Of a stretch of 64,000 nt of DNA, positions 9,807-19,244 are shown in pieces (the stretch's first letter is position 1; each line of letters begins with the position of its first letter). Origin of the DNA: Alphaproteobacteria bacterium (GTDB lineage Bacteria > Pseudomonadota > Alphaproteobacteria > ATCC43930 > CGMCC-115725). The position numbers and the translations under genes were made by a program. The notes beneath the pieces were generated by a model that worked only from the letters and a program-made list of their open reading frames with translations, was not told the DNA's origin and did not search any database. Where the stretch lies: positions 11,640 through 75,639 of the forward strand of contig JASHOB010000037.1 of assembly GCA_030041335.1 (NCBI GenBank), read 5' to 3'.

Positions 9807-10289
9807 TTAACGATCACCGTTGATCATGGGGTGCGCTTGGCGCCAATCCCCGAGAAAGAGGCGCTGAGCGTCGTTCAGGGACATACTGTGCCGATCACAC
9901 ACAGCAATGCAGACCGCGCGCTCAAGCTGATCCTTGAGTTCCGCGTCCTTCCTGGGCTGGGGCCAATGATTTCGCGGGTCAGCATTATTGCCGCCGAGGC
10001 ATAGCGGTACCCGATCGTCATCCTCGTAGAAATGGCTTTGCGATCGCGGGATGCCATATTTCGCGAGCGTACCAGGCTTGTCGTGCCAGAACCGATGTGT
10101 CGGGCTGTATGTGTATCGTCCGCTCGCATCCCTCGCGCAGACTTCGGCAACGTCGTGGCTGGCGACAGCGCCGGGCGTCAACTGCGGATCCGGCATCTCT
10201 AGTTCCCTGGCGTCAGGGGTGGGAATGTTCGCGCCGATGCTGGCGCAGCTGATCCAGGAGAGTAAGACGAGCGCGGCTTTTCGTTTCAC
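9807..10289 (-). CDS. secreted HNH-endonuclease-like protein (atypical motif)
   Basis: Signal peptide MKRKAALVLLSWISCASIGA. The core YEDDDRVPLCLGGNNADPRNHWPQP...KDQLERAVCIAVC resembles the E-x-D-H-x-x-P-L-x-x-GG...N-L-W-P-Q family as I remember it. Confidence 0.55.
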   Translation of the reverse strand: MKRKAALVLLSWISCASIGANIPTPDARELEMPDPQLTPGAVASHDVAEVCARDASGRYTYSPTHRFWHDKPGTLAKYGIPRSQSHFYEDDDRVPLCLGGNNADPRNHWPQPRKDAELKDQLERAVCIAVCDRHSMSLNDAQRLFLGDWRQAHPMINGDR

Positions 10290-10584
10290 CGAAGCTCAGT
10301 GCCAGGAGAATTCGCTTCGCACGCGATCGGGGGTGCCTGAATTGTGCGACCGCCGAACCGCGCCCTTCAAGTGTCTATCGTGGATAGCAGACATCCATTC
10401 TTATTCTTGCATTTCTCATGACGCAGGGTAAGCCCGCATCGCAACACGGGACAGAGGCGACATTGACGAAGCGACACAGAAGTGGAGCGTGGCCTCTCGT
10501 TTCAGTGCCACGGCGATCCGGGCCTCTATTCGTTGAGGTATGTCGCTTGCCAGTGACGGTGTTGATCGATACAACGCGAGATCG

Positions 10585-12021
10585 TCAGAACAGATCGAAG
10601 TACTCGCGCTGCTCCCAATCGCTGATATCGAGCTGGAAGCGCGCGAGCTCCGCTCCCTTTATCTGGCGATAGCAATCGATGAACGCGGCGCCAAAACCGT
10701 CACGTAGCGCGTCGTCGCCGCGCAAGGCCGCTAGCGCCTCGCCGAGATCCTTTGGCAGCATCGGCGCCTGGGTCTCGTAAGGCGCATCGGCCGGCGGTGG
10801 CGGCAGCAGTTTCCGTTTGATGCCGTCGAGGCCGCACACGATTTGCGAGCCGAGATAGAGGTAGGGGTTGGCCGCCGGCTCGCCGGCGCGGTTCTCGATA
10901 TGAGTGAGCGGATCAGACGGCGCTCCGACCACGCGCAGCATCGTACCGCGGTTGTCTCTGCCCCAGATCGCGCGATCCGGCGCCAACGAATAGGGACGAT
11001 AGCGCTTGTAACCGTTGATCGTCGGCGTGCTGAATGCGGCCGCGGCGGCGGCATGATCGAGCAGCCCGGCAAGATAATGCTGCCCGAGCGGACTAAGCAG
11101 GTCGACCTCGCCGGCGAACGCGTTTCCGCCGTTCTTCCTGTCGCGGAGCGACTGGTGCAGATGCCATCCGCTCGACATCGCGTTGGGGAAACGCGGGCGG
11201 CACATGAAGCTGGCAAGATAGCCGTAGCGGCGGCAGATCTGCTTGGTCGCGTTGCGGAACAGAATCATATTGTCCGCGGGTGCCATTCCGATTGCGGCAG
11301 GGAAGGTGAGCTCGACTTGGCTCGGTCCGAACTCGACCTCGAGCGAGCGCAAGGGCAGATCGAGCGCCGCGAGATTGGTGCGCAGCAGTTCGAACACCGG
11401 ATCGAGCTGGTCGTAACGCAGCTCAGTCAGGTATTGATAGCCCTGCGTCAGTAGGGAAACCTTAGGCGGATTGCCGGGCTCACCCGGACGGCCCGTGTCG
11501 CTCGGCTGCAGACTCGGATCGTCAAGCTTGAAAATATGGAACTCGACTTCGAGGCCAGCGACGAAATCGTACCCGAGGTCGCCGAGCTGATCGACCAGCG
11601 CCCGATAAAGCTGGCGCGTCGCCAGGGGCATTGGCCGGCCGTCGGGAAAATAAAGGTCGCACAGCATCCACCCGCTATGCGGCGCCCACGGCAGCACGCG
11701 GAACGTCGTTGGATCGGGCACCATCACAAGGTCGGCGCCACCCTCCATTTCGCGCGCGCCGAAGCCGCCGCCCGCGCTGAACACCGGATAGACGGTACGG
11801 TGCGACGTGTCCTTCAATAGCAGCGTCGTCGAAAAGCTCCAGCCGTTCGCCATCGCGTCCGGCGCTTCTGCCGCGGTGATTGTCTTCCCGCGCAGTACGC
11901 CGTGCTGATCGGGCACCGACAGGCGAATCACGTCAATCTTGTCTGCGACGCGCTTTAGCACCTCGTCGGCGTGCCTCGCCTCGTCAGGCGAGCGAAGCTG
12001 ATGCTTCTCAACGAAGGTCAC
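10585..12021 (-). CDS. glutamine synthetase family protein (gamma-glutamyl-amine synthetase-like)
   Basis: 478 aa with the GS beta-grasp N-domain (IRLSVPDQHGVLRGK) and catalytic-domain motifs (EVEFGPSQVELT, SSGWHLHQSL, NRGTMLRV). The GTG start overlaps the upstream stop as GTGA. Confidence 0.85.
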   Translation of the reverse strand: MTFVEKHQLRSPDEARHADEVLKRVADKIDVIRLSVPDQHGVLRGKTITAAEAPDAMANGWSFSTTLLLKDTSHRTVYPVFSAGGGFGAREMEGGADLVMVPDPTTFRVLPWAPHSGWMLCDLYFPDGRPMPLATRQLYRALVDQLGDLGYDFVAGLEVEFHIFKLDDPSLQPSDTGRPGEPGNPPKVSLLTQGYQYLTELRYDQLDPVFELLRTNLAALDLPLRSLEVEFGPSQVELTFPAAIGMAPADNMILFRNATKQICRRYGYLASFMCRPRFPNAMSSGWHLHQSLRDRKNGGNAFAGEVDLLSPLGQHYLAGLLDHAAAAAAFSTPTINGYKRYRPYSLAPDRAIWGRDNRGTMLRVVGAPSDPLTHIENRAGEPAANPYLYLGSQIVCGLDGIKRKLLPPPPADAPYETQAPMLPKDLGEALAALRGDDALRDGFGAAFIDCYRQIKGAELARFQLDISDWEQREYFDLF

Positions 12022-13316
12022 GGCGTTTGCCAGGGGGCGGCACTGCGGCGCTTTAAATCAGCGTCCCGCCAGTAACTATCCCATTCGTTTGTGGGCGCGA
12101 CGCCGTCGATGGTGACCGGTAGCTCGTGATTGTCGGGCCGCGACAGGAGCGTTACTTCGCCTGCCTCCGCTTTGTCGATCGCGTCGAGCAGTACGCGGCG
12201 ATAGGCGGAGATCGCTTTATCGGTCTGACCAAGATGCTCGCGCGTGCGGTCGTGTATGCGACCCTGGCTCTCCACCGCCCAATTGTCGTGAACGTTAATG
12301 TCCATGCCCATGCCCGTGAAGGTCTGGATCTTCTGCTCGGCGGCACTGTATCCCCAATTATTGTGCCGGTTCACGCGCGGTTTGTAGTCGGGCAGCGCAT
12401 AGAGCTCGAGCCGCTGGCGCCGCATCTCTTGCTTGTTCACCGGATCGCGGAAACTAGTGAAGATCGCGTACCAATAGCAATTCTCGTCGTCGACCGGGAC
12501 GTGCCACTGCGTGATGGTCATGGTCTCACTGAGCGGGATCAGAACAGCATGCGGGAAGATCAGGTTGGTAACGCGGACATGCGTGTGCGCTTGGTCGAGC
12601 GGGCGCAGCGCAATCAGGCGCAGTCCATAGTCCGTGTTCTCCACGTCAATGCGCGGCCGCATGTGTTCGCGGAGCACACGGCTCATCGGCATGCTGCCGT
12701 CAATGGAGTTGGCGCGGAACTGTTTGCCGTAGGCGGTAGCCCCTTCTTCGTCCTCGAAAAAGCGATGCAGAAACGAAGCGTGCGCAGGGTCGATGCCGAC
12801 TTCAAGCGCCTGAAGCCAATTGCAATCGATGTGGCCCTTGAAGGCGAAACTGTATGCGTCGGGCGAGGCGAAACAGTCGAGCCGGGGGAGAGCGGGCGCC
12901 TCGCCCGCGCCAAGATAAGCCCAGATAATGCCATTCTTTTCGCGCACCGCATAAGAGGCTTGCCGTACCCTCTCGTGCAGACGGCTGCCATCGGGTTCTG
13001 CCGGCGTTTCACGGCACCGGCCTGCTGCGTCGAACAACCAGCCGTGAAAGGCGCACCGCAGGCCGCCGTCCTCTAGTCGCCCGAACGCAAGGTCAGCGCC
13101 ACGGTGGGGGCAGTCGCGGTCGAGCAGGCCCAATCGCCCTGCGTCGTCGCGAAATAGCACTAAGTCCTGGCCTAGGACGCGTATCGCGCGGAGTGGCCGC
13201 TCAGGCACCAACTCCTCGGACAGTGCGACTGGTTGCCAATAGTGACGCTGCAATGTCCCGCACGGCGTGCCGGGGCCGACCCGCACTACCCGCTCGTTCT
13301 GTTCATGACTCATCAT
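12018..13316 (-). CDS. Rieske [2Fe-2S] non-haem-iron oxygenase, alpha-subunit type
   Basis: Rieske motif CPHRGADL...CAFHGW. The later DPAHASFLH looks like a mononuclear-iron motif. 432 aa. No beta subunit or reductase is adjacent. Confidence 0.85.
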   Translation of the reverse strand: MMSHEQNERVVRVGPGTPCGTLQRHYWQPVALSEELVPERPLRAIRVLGQDLVLFRDDAGRLGLLDRDCPHRGADLAFGRLEDGGLRCAFHGWLFDAAGRCRETPAEPDGSRLHERVRQASYAVREKNGIIWAYLGAGEAPALPRLDCFASPDAYSFAFKGHIDCNWLQALEVGIDPAHASFLHRFFEDEEGATAYGKQFRANSIDGSMPMSRVLREHMRPRIDVENTDYGLRLIALRPLDQAHTHVRVTNLIFPHAVLIPLSETMTITQWHVPVDDENCYWYAIFTSFRDPVNKQEMRRQRLELYALPDYKPRVNRHNNWGYSAAEQKIQTFTGMGMDINVHDNWAVESQGRIHDRTREHLGQTDKAISAYRRVLLDAIDKAEAGEVTLLSRPDNHELPVTIDGVAPTNEWDSYWRDADLKRRSAAPWQTP

Positions 13317-14109
13317 AGCGACGGTCCTTTACCCAGGGAGCAATTGCGCGCTCCGATTAGTTATATTAGTCGAACAATTCACACGTCCTTCGAATTTCAT
13401 CAATCAATTAACAGCAACGCAACGGCGGTGCCGCCATGTACCGCGAACGCGATGGTCCTGCTACGGCGTTGGTGCAACACGATCATGGCGTCAGGAGATG
13501 GATGAGGGCGGCGATTCGCATGAACCAACCAAGCGCGGGGCCCCGTATGCTATAAGCATCGCGATGAATAGTCCCGAGGCGATGTCGCGAATACTTTTAG
13601 CCGATAGATACGCTCGAGAATGCGGCTCAGCGCCGGCCGGTACGCCCTAAGCCGCGGCGGCTGTTGAAGGTGCCAACAGAAAGCGGCAGTCGATGAAAAT
13701 GATCCCAGCTGCGATCACACCGGACAGGTAGAAACCGATACCTGTCATAATGCGTCTCATTCTCCGTCACACTGCTCGGACTTTGCGGATATGTCGTTTG
13801 AATACAATCCGGGCGTCCGTCGAGGGTAGCCGCCGACCCAATCTTTGGGAAGCGGCCAGCTTGTCGTGAACGGGTACCCGGCACTTTCCTTGCAAGCGGA
13901 CGCAACAGGCGATCAGAGGTAAAATCGTTGTTGCACAAAGCAGAAATGGCGCAACGCTCCACCTCATGTCTTTCGGAGTAGATTCCCCAGTTTATGAGCA
14001 CACGCCTAGCAGAAGGACGCCCTTCGGTCTCGCGTTGGTCGAGGTACTCGCGCAAGGCCGGATCAGCCTCTATATGGGACATCCTAATTGGCGCGCTTGG
14101 GGGAACCAT

Positions 14110-14362
14110 CATGGCTGACCAGCTACACACTATGACGATGGATCAGTTGCATTACCTTGCCATCGACCAGACCGGCCAGCTGTATTGGCACGGTGAACTT
14201 GTGCGAACGTCGATGGTACTCCCTACCTTCGTGAATGTGGCAATCATCATTGGCGCCCTTGCAGCCTTGATAAGTGCAGTAGTGGCAGCAATTGGCCTCT
14301 ACCGGGGAATAGTGAGGGAACGGCTGCGTGAGCGGGAGCTAGAGCAGCAAAAGCCTTCCTAG
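14110..14362 (+). CDS. hypothetical small membrane protein
   Basis: MADQLHTMTMDQLHYLAIDQTGQLYWHGELV... followed by one clear TM helix (LPTFVNVAIIIGALAALISAVVAAIGLY). GGGGGA lies just upstream of the ATG. Lower-GC segment. Confidence 0.35.
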
Positions 14363-14363
14363 C

Positions 14364-15012
14364 TCAAACCAGTCCCGTATTTCGTCGCCGCGATAAGCGG
14401 GCCGGCACAAGCTCGATGCGGCACCAAAGACAGCGCGAACGATGACCCGATCGATGAAATCGATGAAATTTCATTCCACGAATCTCAACACATCGGTCGA
14501 TACGGACGAGTTTGCTGCCGTGATCGAAATTAAACGACGCGTAGTTTGCGGTTCCCGTTACCGCCGGCGAGCATGGCCGCCGCCAACTTTTGCCTCGCTG
14601 CGATCCGTCTCGCCTTGATCGGGTCATAGTCGCGCAGCGGCGATGGTTCGCCATCTTGGGCGAGCCGATCCGAACACGGCGATACTTTTCTTGGGCGGCC
14701 CGGTCGCGGAATTGCGTATAGATCCGCTGATTGACCTTCCATACTCGCTTGTTGTGATTGGGTTGGTAATCTCGTTCCCGCCAACCTAATGCCACGAGCG
14801 GCGAAACCGCATCTTCTACTTCGCGAGATCGTCTTGCCCTCGAGGCCCTTTACCTTCGAGGTCAGATCGGAAGGGACGATCCGCGCCGTTCGATGGGCCA
14901 GCAGGTAACCGGCGACGGATGGCGTCAGGTCGATATCCTGGCCGGCGCCCAGCCGGGCACAGCACCGCACCGCCGGCGGCATCCAAAAATCGCGAACCAG
15001 GGTGTCGGCCAT
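14364..15012 (-). pseudogene. decayed ORF(s), unidentified (possible mobile-element or phage remnant)
   Basis: Two overlapping minus-strand ORFs in different frames (14530..15012 and 14364..14795). Protein-like stretches switch frame, e.g. ...KGLEGKTI / AREVEDAVSPLVALGWRERDYQPNHNKRVWKV... and ...DYDPIKARRIAARQKLAAAML. No intact family motif recognised. Confidence 0.3.
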
Positions 15013-15496
15013 AGCCGCGGTTTCGCGCCTACTTCGGTTTGAAGGCGGCGTCTAATAGCATGATGGAGTATCAACGCTACACGTCCGAAGATACCGGGCA
15101 GCTTGCCGACATCGGTGCGGAAGCCCATGCCTGGCGGACTATTGGTTTCGGTGTCGAGCAGATCCGTTCCAACGGGTGGCAGATGGCGCGGGCCACGGAC
15201 GAGACGCTCAATATGCGCCCTCCGGGAACGGTGACGAGGTATTCGATGAAGGCTCTCGTACTTGTCGACTTGGCGTCGACGCTCCCGATCCTTTAGCCAG
15301 CCGACGCGGTCGCATCAGGGTGACCGGGGAAGGCAGCAACAAACCGTCTTCGATCAGATTGCCCGGCTTACGCAGCCGCAAGGGCTGCACGCCGCCCATG
15401 ACGGCCGTTCCGGGCTTTCCAGGTGCTTCGCCGCAAGCGATCGCGCCGTGGGCTCCTGTCGGGGTTCCACGTGTGGGATAAGTACAGGGTCGGGCG

Positions 15497-15820
15497 TTAT
15501 TGCACAGTCGAATGCGGAGTCGGCACGATGCGGGTGACCACCATTTTCTCGCGATCGAGACACGCACGCACGCGCGGGGCGATTTGGGTCTTCCAGTACT
15601 CGCTCTCGTATACGGCTATGTATTGCGCCTCGCGCTCGGCTTCGCTGTTGAAACGGCGCAGCCAGACATAGACCGACTCATCCGTCTCCCCACGGAAACT
15701 GCCGCAGATCACCATGCCCTTCGAGACCTGGAAGGGAATAATTTCCTCTTCGATGATCTTCACCCACTCGTCCATTTTGCCCGGGCGGACGTGATACTGT
15801 CGGAGTTCGTAGAAAGCCAT
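15497..15820 (-). CDS. NIPSNAP family protein
   Basis: 107 aa, MAFYELRQYHVRPGKMDEWVKIIEEEIIPFQ...VWLRRFNSEAEREA. This is the typical NIPSNAP single-domain pattern. Confidence 0.8.
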   Translation of the reverse strand: MAFYELRQYHVRPGKMDEWVKIIEEEIIPFQVSKGMVICGSFRGETDESVYVWLRRFNSEAEREAQYIAVYESEYWKTQIAPRVRACLDREKMVVTRIVPTPHSTVQ

Positions 15821-15946
15821 CTGAATCCTCCATTGCTTAGCACAGCCGAAAGCATAGGCGAGTGGCAGACGGCTTGCCAGTCAAGGACCCTCCCCCACCT
15901 TTGCGCGGCGATCCCCGGGGCGGCAAAGGCGCCCTCTCAGCGTGGC

Positions 15947-16942
15947 TCACCTGAGCAACAGTGCACCGACAAACAGAAGGTAGAGCGCGCTCGCCCAGGA
16001 TAGACGCTTGCCGGTGACGCGTTCGCCGCGGAACATGAAGAACAGAGCTAGCACGGCGGCCGTCGTAACGGCGGCTGCGGCGATCAGTGGCCGCTCAAAC
16101 AGCCAAGGCGTCCAGAAGAGGCCGCAAGCCGTGGGGATGGTTGCCTGTATCATCATGGCACCGCTGATGTTCGCAAGAGCCATATTCTCCCTTCCTTTTC
16201 GCACCCAAATAATCGCGTTCATGGTCTCCGGCATTTCGGTCGCGATCGGGCTCAGCAGCAGCGCGACAAGCTGCGGGCCTAAGCCGAGCCATGGGCCGAT
16301 GGCATCGAGCTGCGTTACAAAGACACGTGAGGCCGCGAAGATAATGACGAGGGCGAGACCGGTTTGCAGGGCCGCCCATAGGAGCGAAGGGCGGGTATCC
16401 TTGGGTCTCAACCGGAGCGGTTCAAGCTCGTGCTCGTCGATGGTCCTCTCGTCGCGGCGGAGCTCCTTCAGTACGTAAAGGGCATAAGCGCCAACAAAAA
16501 GAAATCCAAGCCATGGCTTGCCCGGAAATGTCACAAGACCAAGGGCAAACTTGCACACGAAGATAGACAGGAACCAACCCTGATCCCGATTCATTTGGCG
16601 GCAATCAACGTCGAGGGCGTCCTTGCGGCGGACCTTGAGGCGCCTTGACCCCATGAGCGTCAAGCCCACAACGCCATAGGCAAGAGTGCTAAGCGCAAGG
16701 GGTCCGCCAAGCGCGGCGCCGACGCCGATCTCGCGCTCTGCAGGGCTATGCCCGAAGGCGACTGCGACGAAAGTGACGACGCTTTCGGGCAAGGCGGTGC
16801 CAAAAGCAGCGAGGATCGTGCCCGTCGCCGTCCGGCTGACAGCGAGCCGCTTGCCCAGCCACTCAACGGCGTTCACAAAGAGCTCGCAGGAAAAGTAGAT
16901 CAGGACGGCTGAGCCGAAGAACAAGAGAAGTGTGAGAGCCAT
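15947..16942 (-). CDS. sodium/calcium exchanger (CaCA) family membrane protein
   Basis: Two alpha-repeat motifs (AAFGTALPESVVT and SPIATEMPETMNA) in a ~10-TM protein. Confidence 0.85.
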   Translation of the reverse strand: MALTLLLFFGSAVLIYFSCELFVNAVEWLGKRLAVSRTATGTILAAFGTALPESVVTFVAVAFGHSPAEREIGVGAALGGPLALSTLAYGVVGLTLMGSRRLKVRRKDALDVDCRQMNRDQGWFLSIFVCKFALGLVTFPGKPWLGFLFVGAYALYVLKELRRDERTIDEHELEPLRLRPKDTRPSLLWAALQTGLALVIIFAASRVFVTQLDAIGPWLGLGPQLVALLLSPIATEMPETMNAIIWVRKGRENMALANISGAMMIQATIPTACGLFWTPWLFERPLIAAAAVTTAAVLALFFMFRGERVTGKRLSWASALYLLFVGALLLR

Positions 16943-17595
16943 GGCAGCACCGCTGTGGGCTGGTGTTCGACCAATGACATCGGCTCACTGCTCCAGCCCG
17001 GGCAGGTGCCAATGCCAATGGTCTCGCCAAGCCTGCGGATGTGCCCGCGTTCCGATCGCGCCATGCCGCTAAAGCGGCAAGTATGTTGGCGCGACCCCCT
17101 CAAGTGTGAGGGCGGCTACTCCCCAATGACAAAGGTTATGTATCGAAAACGGCTAGAACGCACAAGAGAAACCGATCGAAGAGAGGGAATTGCGCAGCGG
17201 GTGCGAGGCCGCGGAGAAATTTGCCCAGACGCGCCGCTTTATCCCTGGCGCGCACCCCATCCACGGAAGCTGAAGGCGTAAGAACGCCGCCAGGGCGACG
17301 ATCGCAATATCGTTTATCGTAAGCGCTGACATGTCCCGGCAGGACATATTGTCAGGGCCCGGCCAATCAGATTTCCGGATGTCGCGTTTGCCCCGCGTTC
17401 AATCGAACGGCGCGGGTCGAAACGGACGTCCGCGATGGGGAGGCGATTCAAGGTGCCGTCCCCGATGCCTCGTCCGACCGGATCTGCGATCCCCCGTGCG
17501 ACTCGGCGACGATGAATTGACCAACGACGACGTCCACGTCGTAATGTTCCGGTTTGAGAACGGCCATGGTTAAATAGCCGGAGGGGGAGCCTACA

Positions 17596-18657
17596 TTGCC
17601 CGAGTCGCGCCGGTTGCCCACGGGTTCCGTCATTGGACGGCTGGTATTGATCGCCGCGGTCATCGCGTGCGCCGCCGCTGCCTTCGTTTATACGGGGGGA
17701 TGGTTCTCGCCCGAGCGCCTGACGCCGGACAAGCTCGTCGACGCGTTGACGCCACCCGGCGGCGCACCGCCACTCGGCCACCGGCGCAACCACGCCAAAG
17801 GCGTTTGCTTTACCGGCGTCTTTGAGGCGAATGGCGTGGGTTCCGAGCTGTCGCACGCGCAGGTCTTTGCGCGCGGCGAGTATCCGGCTCTCGGTCGTTT
17901 CAATCTCGCCACCACCAATCCGAATGTGCGAGACGGGACGGTCCGCGTGCGCGGTCTCGGGCTTATGATCAGCACCCCGGACGGGCAGGAGTGGCGCATG
18001 GCGATGATCGACGCACCGGTCTTCCCGGTGGCAACGCCGCAAGGGTTTTACCAACTGCTGCTCGCACAGGCGAGCAAGGACCCGAACGCGATGCCGACCT
18101 TCGCCAAAACCCATCCCGAGATCGCGAAGTTCAGCAACTGGGCTAAAAGCGCGCCCTGGACCGGGAGCTACGCCGAAGATCGGTTCAACAGCCTCAACAG
18201 CTTCATCTTCGTGGACGGTTCCGGCGCCGAGCACGCCGTGCGATGGTCGCTCCTCCCGGCGGCGCAGCCAGTCGTCGTCGCACCTGAGGAGCTTGCGAAG
18301 CGCCGCCCCGACTTCCTCGAACAGGAGATCACCGAGCGGGTTAGGGGCGGGCCAGCGCGCTGGACGATGCTGGTCACGGTGGCCAATCCGGGCGATACGA
18401 CCGCCGATCCCAGCCAGCCCTGGCCGCAAGACCGCCGCGCCGTCGAAGTTGGGACACTGGTCGTGCGTGAGATCGAGGCAGAGCGGAACGGACCGTGCCG
18501 CGATATAAATTTCGATCCGACCGTGCTTCCAAGCGGTATACGAACGTCGGATGACCCCTTCCCAGCCGCACGATCGTCGGCTTACGCGAAGTCCTATGAC
18601 CGACGCACGGCGGAAGCCGAGGACTATCCGCGAACCGCGCCGGGAGGGAGCCAATGA
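17596..18657 (+). CDS. catalase-related haem protein (small catalase-family peroxidase)
   Basis: TTG start after a GGAGGGGGA RBS. N-terminal TM/signal anchor. Catalase proximal motif HRRNHAKGVCFTGVFEANG. The 446-aa antisense ORF 17314..18654 is judged a shadow. Confidence 0.8.
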   Translation: MPESRRLPTGSVIGRLVLIAAVIACAAAAFVYTGGWFSPERLTPDKLVDALTPPGGAPPLGHRRNHAKGVCFTGVFEANGVGSELSHAQVFARGEYPALGRFNLATTNPNVRDGTVRVRGLGLMISTPDGQEWRMAMIDAPVFPVATPQGFYQLLLAQASKDPNAMPTFAKTHPEIAKFSNWAKSAPWTGSYAEDRFNSLNSFIFVDGSGAEHAVRWSLLPAAQPVVVAPEELAKRRPDFLEQEITERVRGGPARWTMLVTVANPGDTTADPSQPWPQDRRAVEVGTLVVREIEAERNGPCRDINFDPTVLPSGIRTSDDPFPAARSSAYAKSYDRRTAEAEDYPRTAPGGSQ

Positions 18658-19244
18658 CCCCCATCCGACGCTTCACTCCGCCCCAGCGCTTCCTGCATTG
18701 GCTCATGGCACTTTGCATACTTGCCATGCTGTTCATCGGCGTCGGCATGGTGTCGACAGTCGCGCCGAAATACCTGACGCTCGTCTCCATTCATAAGCCG
18801 CTCGGCACGCTGATCCTCATTCTTGCGCTGATCCGCCTCGCCGTACGCTTGCGGTACCGCGCTCCGCCGCTGCCGCCAGATTTGCCCGAACCGCTGAAGC
18901 TCGCGGCGCATCTCTCGCACTATGCCCTTTACGCACTCATGATCGTCATGCCGCTGATCGGCTGGGGGATGCTGTCGGCCGCCGCTTACCCGGTGGAGCT
19001 GTGGGACGGCGTCTATCTGCCTTCGATCCTGCCGCTAAGCGACAGACTGCACACGGTGCTGTGGAACGCTCATTACTATTTGGCGTTCCTGTTCTACGTG
19101 GTGATCCTGATGCACGTCGCCGCGGCGCTGTTCCATGCAATCATCCGCCGCGACGGCGTCTTCGAGGCGATGGGACCGGCGCTCACGCGCGACAAGGTCG
19201 GGCCCGCGGATCGACCGGTAGTGCCTTTGCAAAGATCGGGTTGA
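18654..19244 (+). CDS. cytochrome b561 family protein
   Basis: 196 aa, four TM helices with conserved His (RFLHWLMA..., SIHKPLG, LSHYALYALM, WNAHYYLAF). ATGA overlap with the catalase-related gene. Confidence 0.85.
   Translation: MTPIRRFTPPQRFLHWLMALCILAMLFIGVGMVSTVAPKYLTLVSIHKPLGTLILILALIRLAVRLRYRAPPLPPDLPEPLKLAAHLSHYALYALMIVMPLIGWGMLSAAAYPVELWDGVYLPSILPLSDRLHTVLWNAHYYLAFLFYVVILMHVAAALFHAIIRRDGVFEAMGPALTRDKVGPADRPVVPLQRSG

Noticed and set aside
12126-13076. 316-aa plus-strand ORF; also 21202..22053, 33759..34523, 41469..42398, 61251..62063, 24386..25141
   Set aside because: Each lies opposite a gene with strong family motifs and has biased, motif-free sequence.
13627-14130. 167-aa minus-strand ORF
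   Set aside because: Only the first ~55 residues after an internal Met look protein-like. It overlaps the small membrane ORF start and no family was recognised. I left it unannotated as part of the decayed segment.
14364-15012. Possible P4-type integrase N-terminal remnant
   Set aside because: The DPIKARRIAARQKLAAA stretch faintly recalls integrase arm-domain ends. I found no catalytic R-H-R-Y region, no adjacent tRNA and no att-like repeats, so the idea is too speculative. I kept only the generic 'decayed ORF' call.
17314-18654. 446-aa minus-strand ORF
   Set aside because: It is antisense to the catalase-related gene, whose translation carries a clear family motif. The minus-strand product is Arg/Gly/Pro-rich with no motif. 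This is a typical high-GC shadow ORF.
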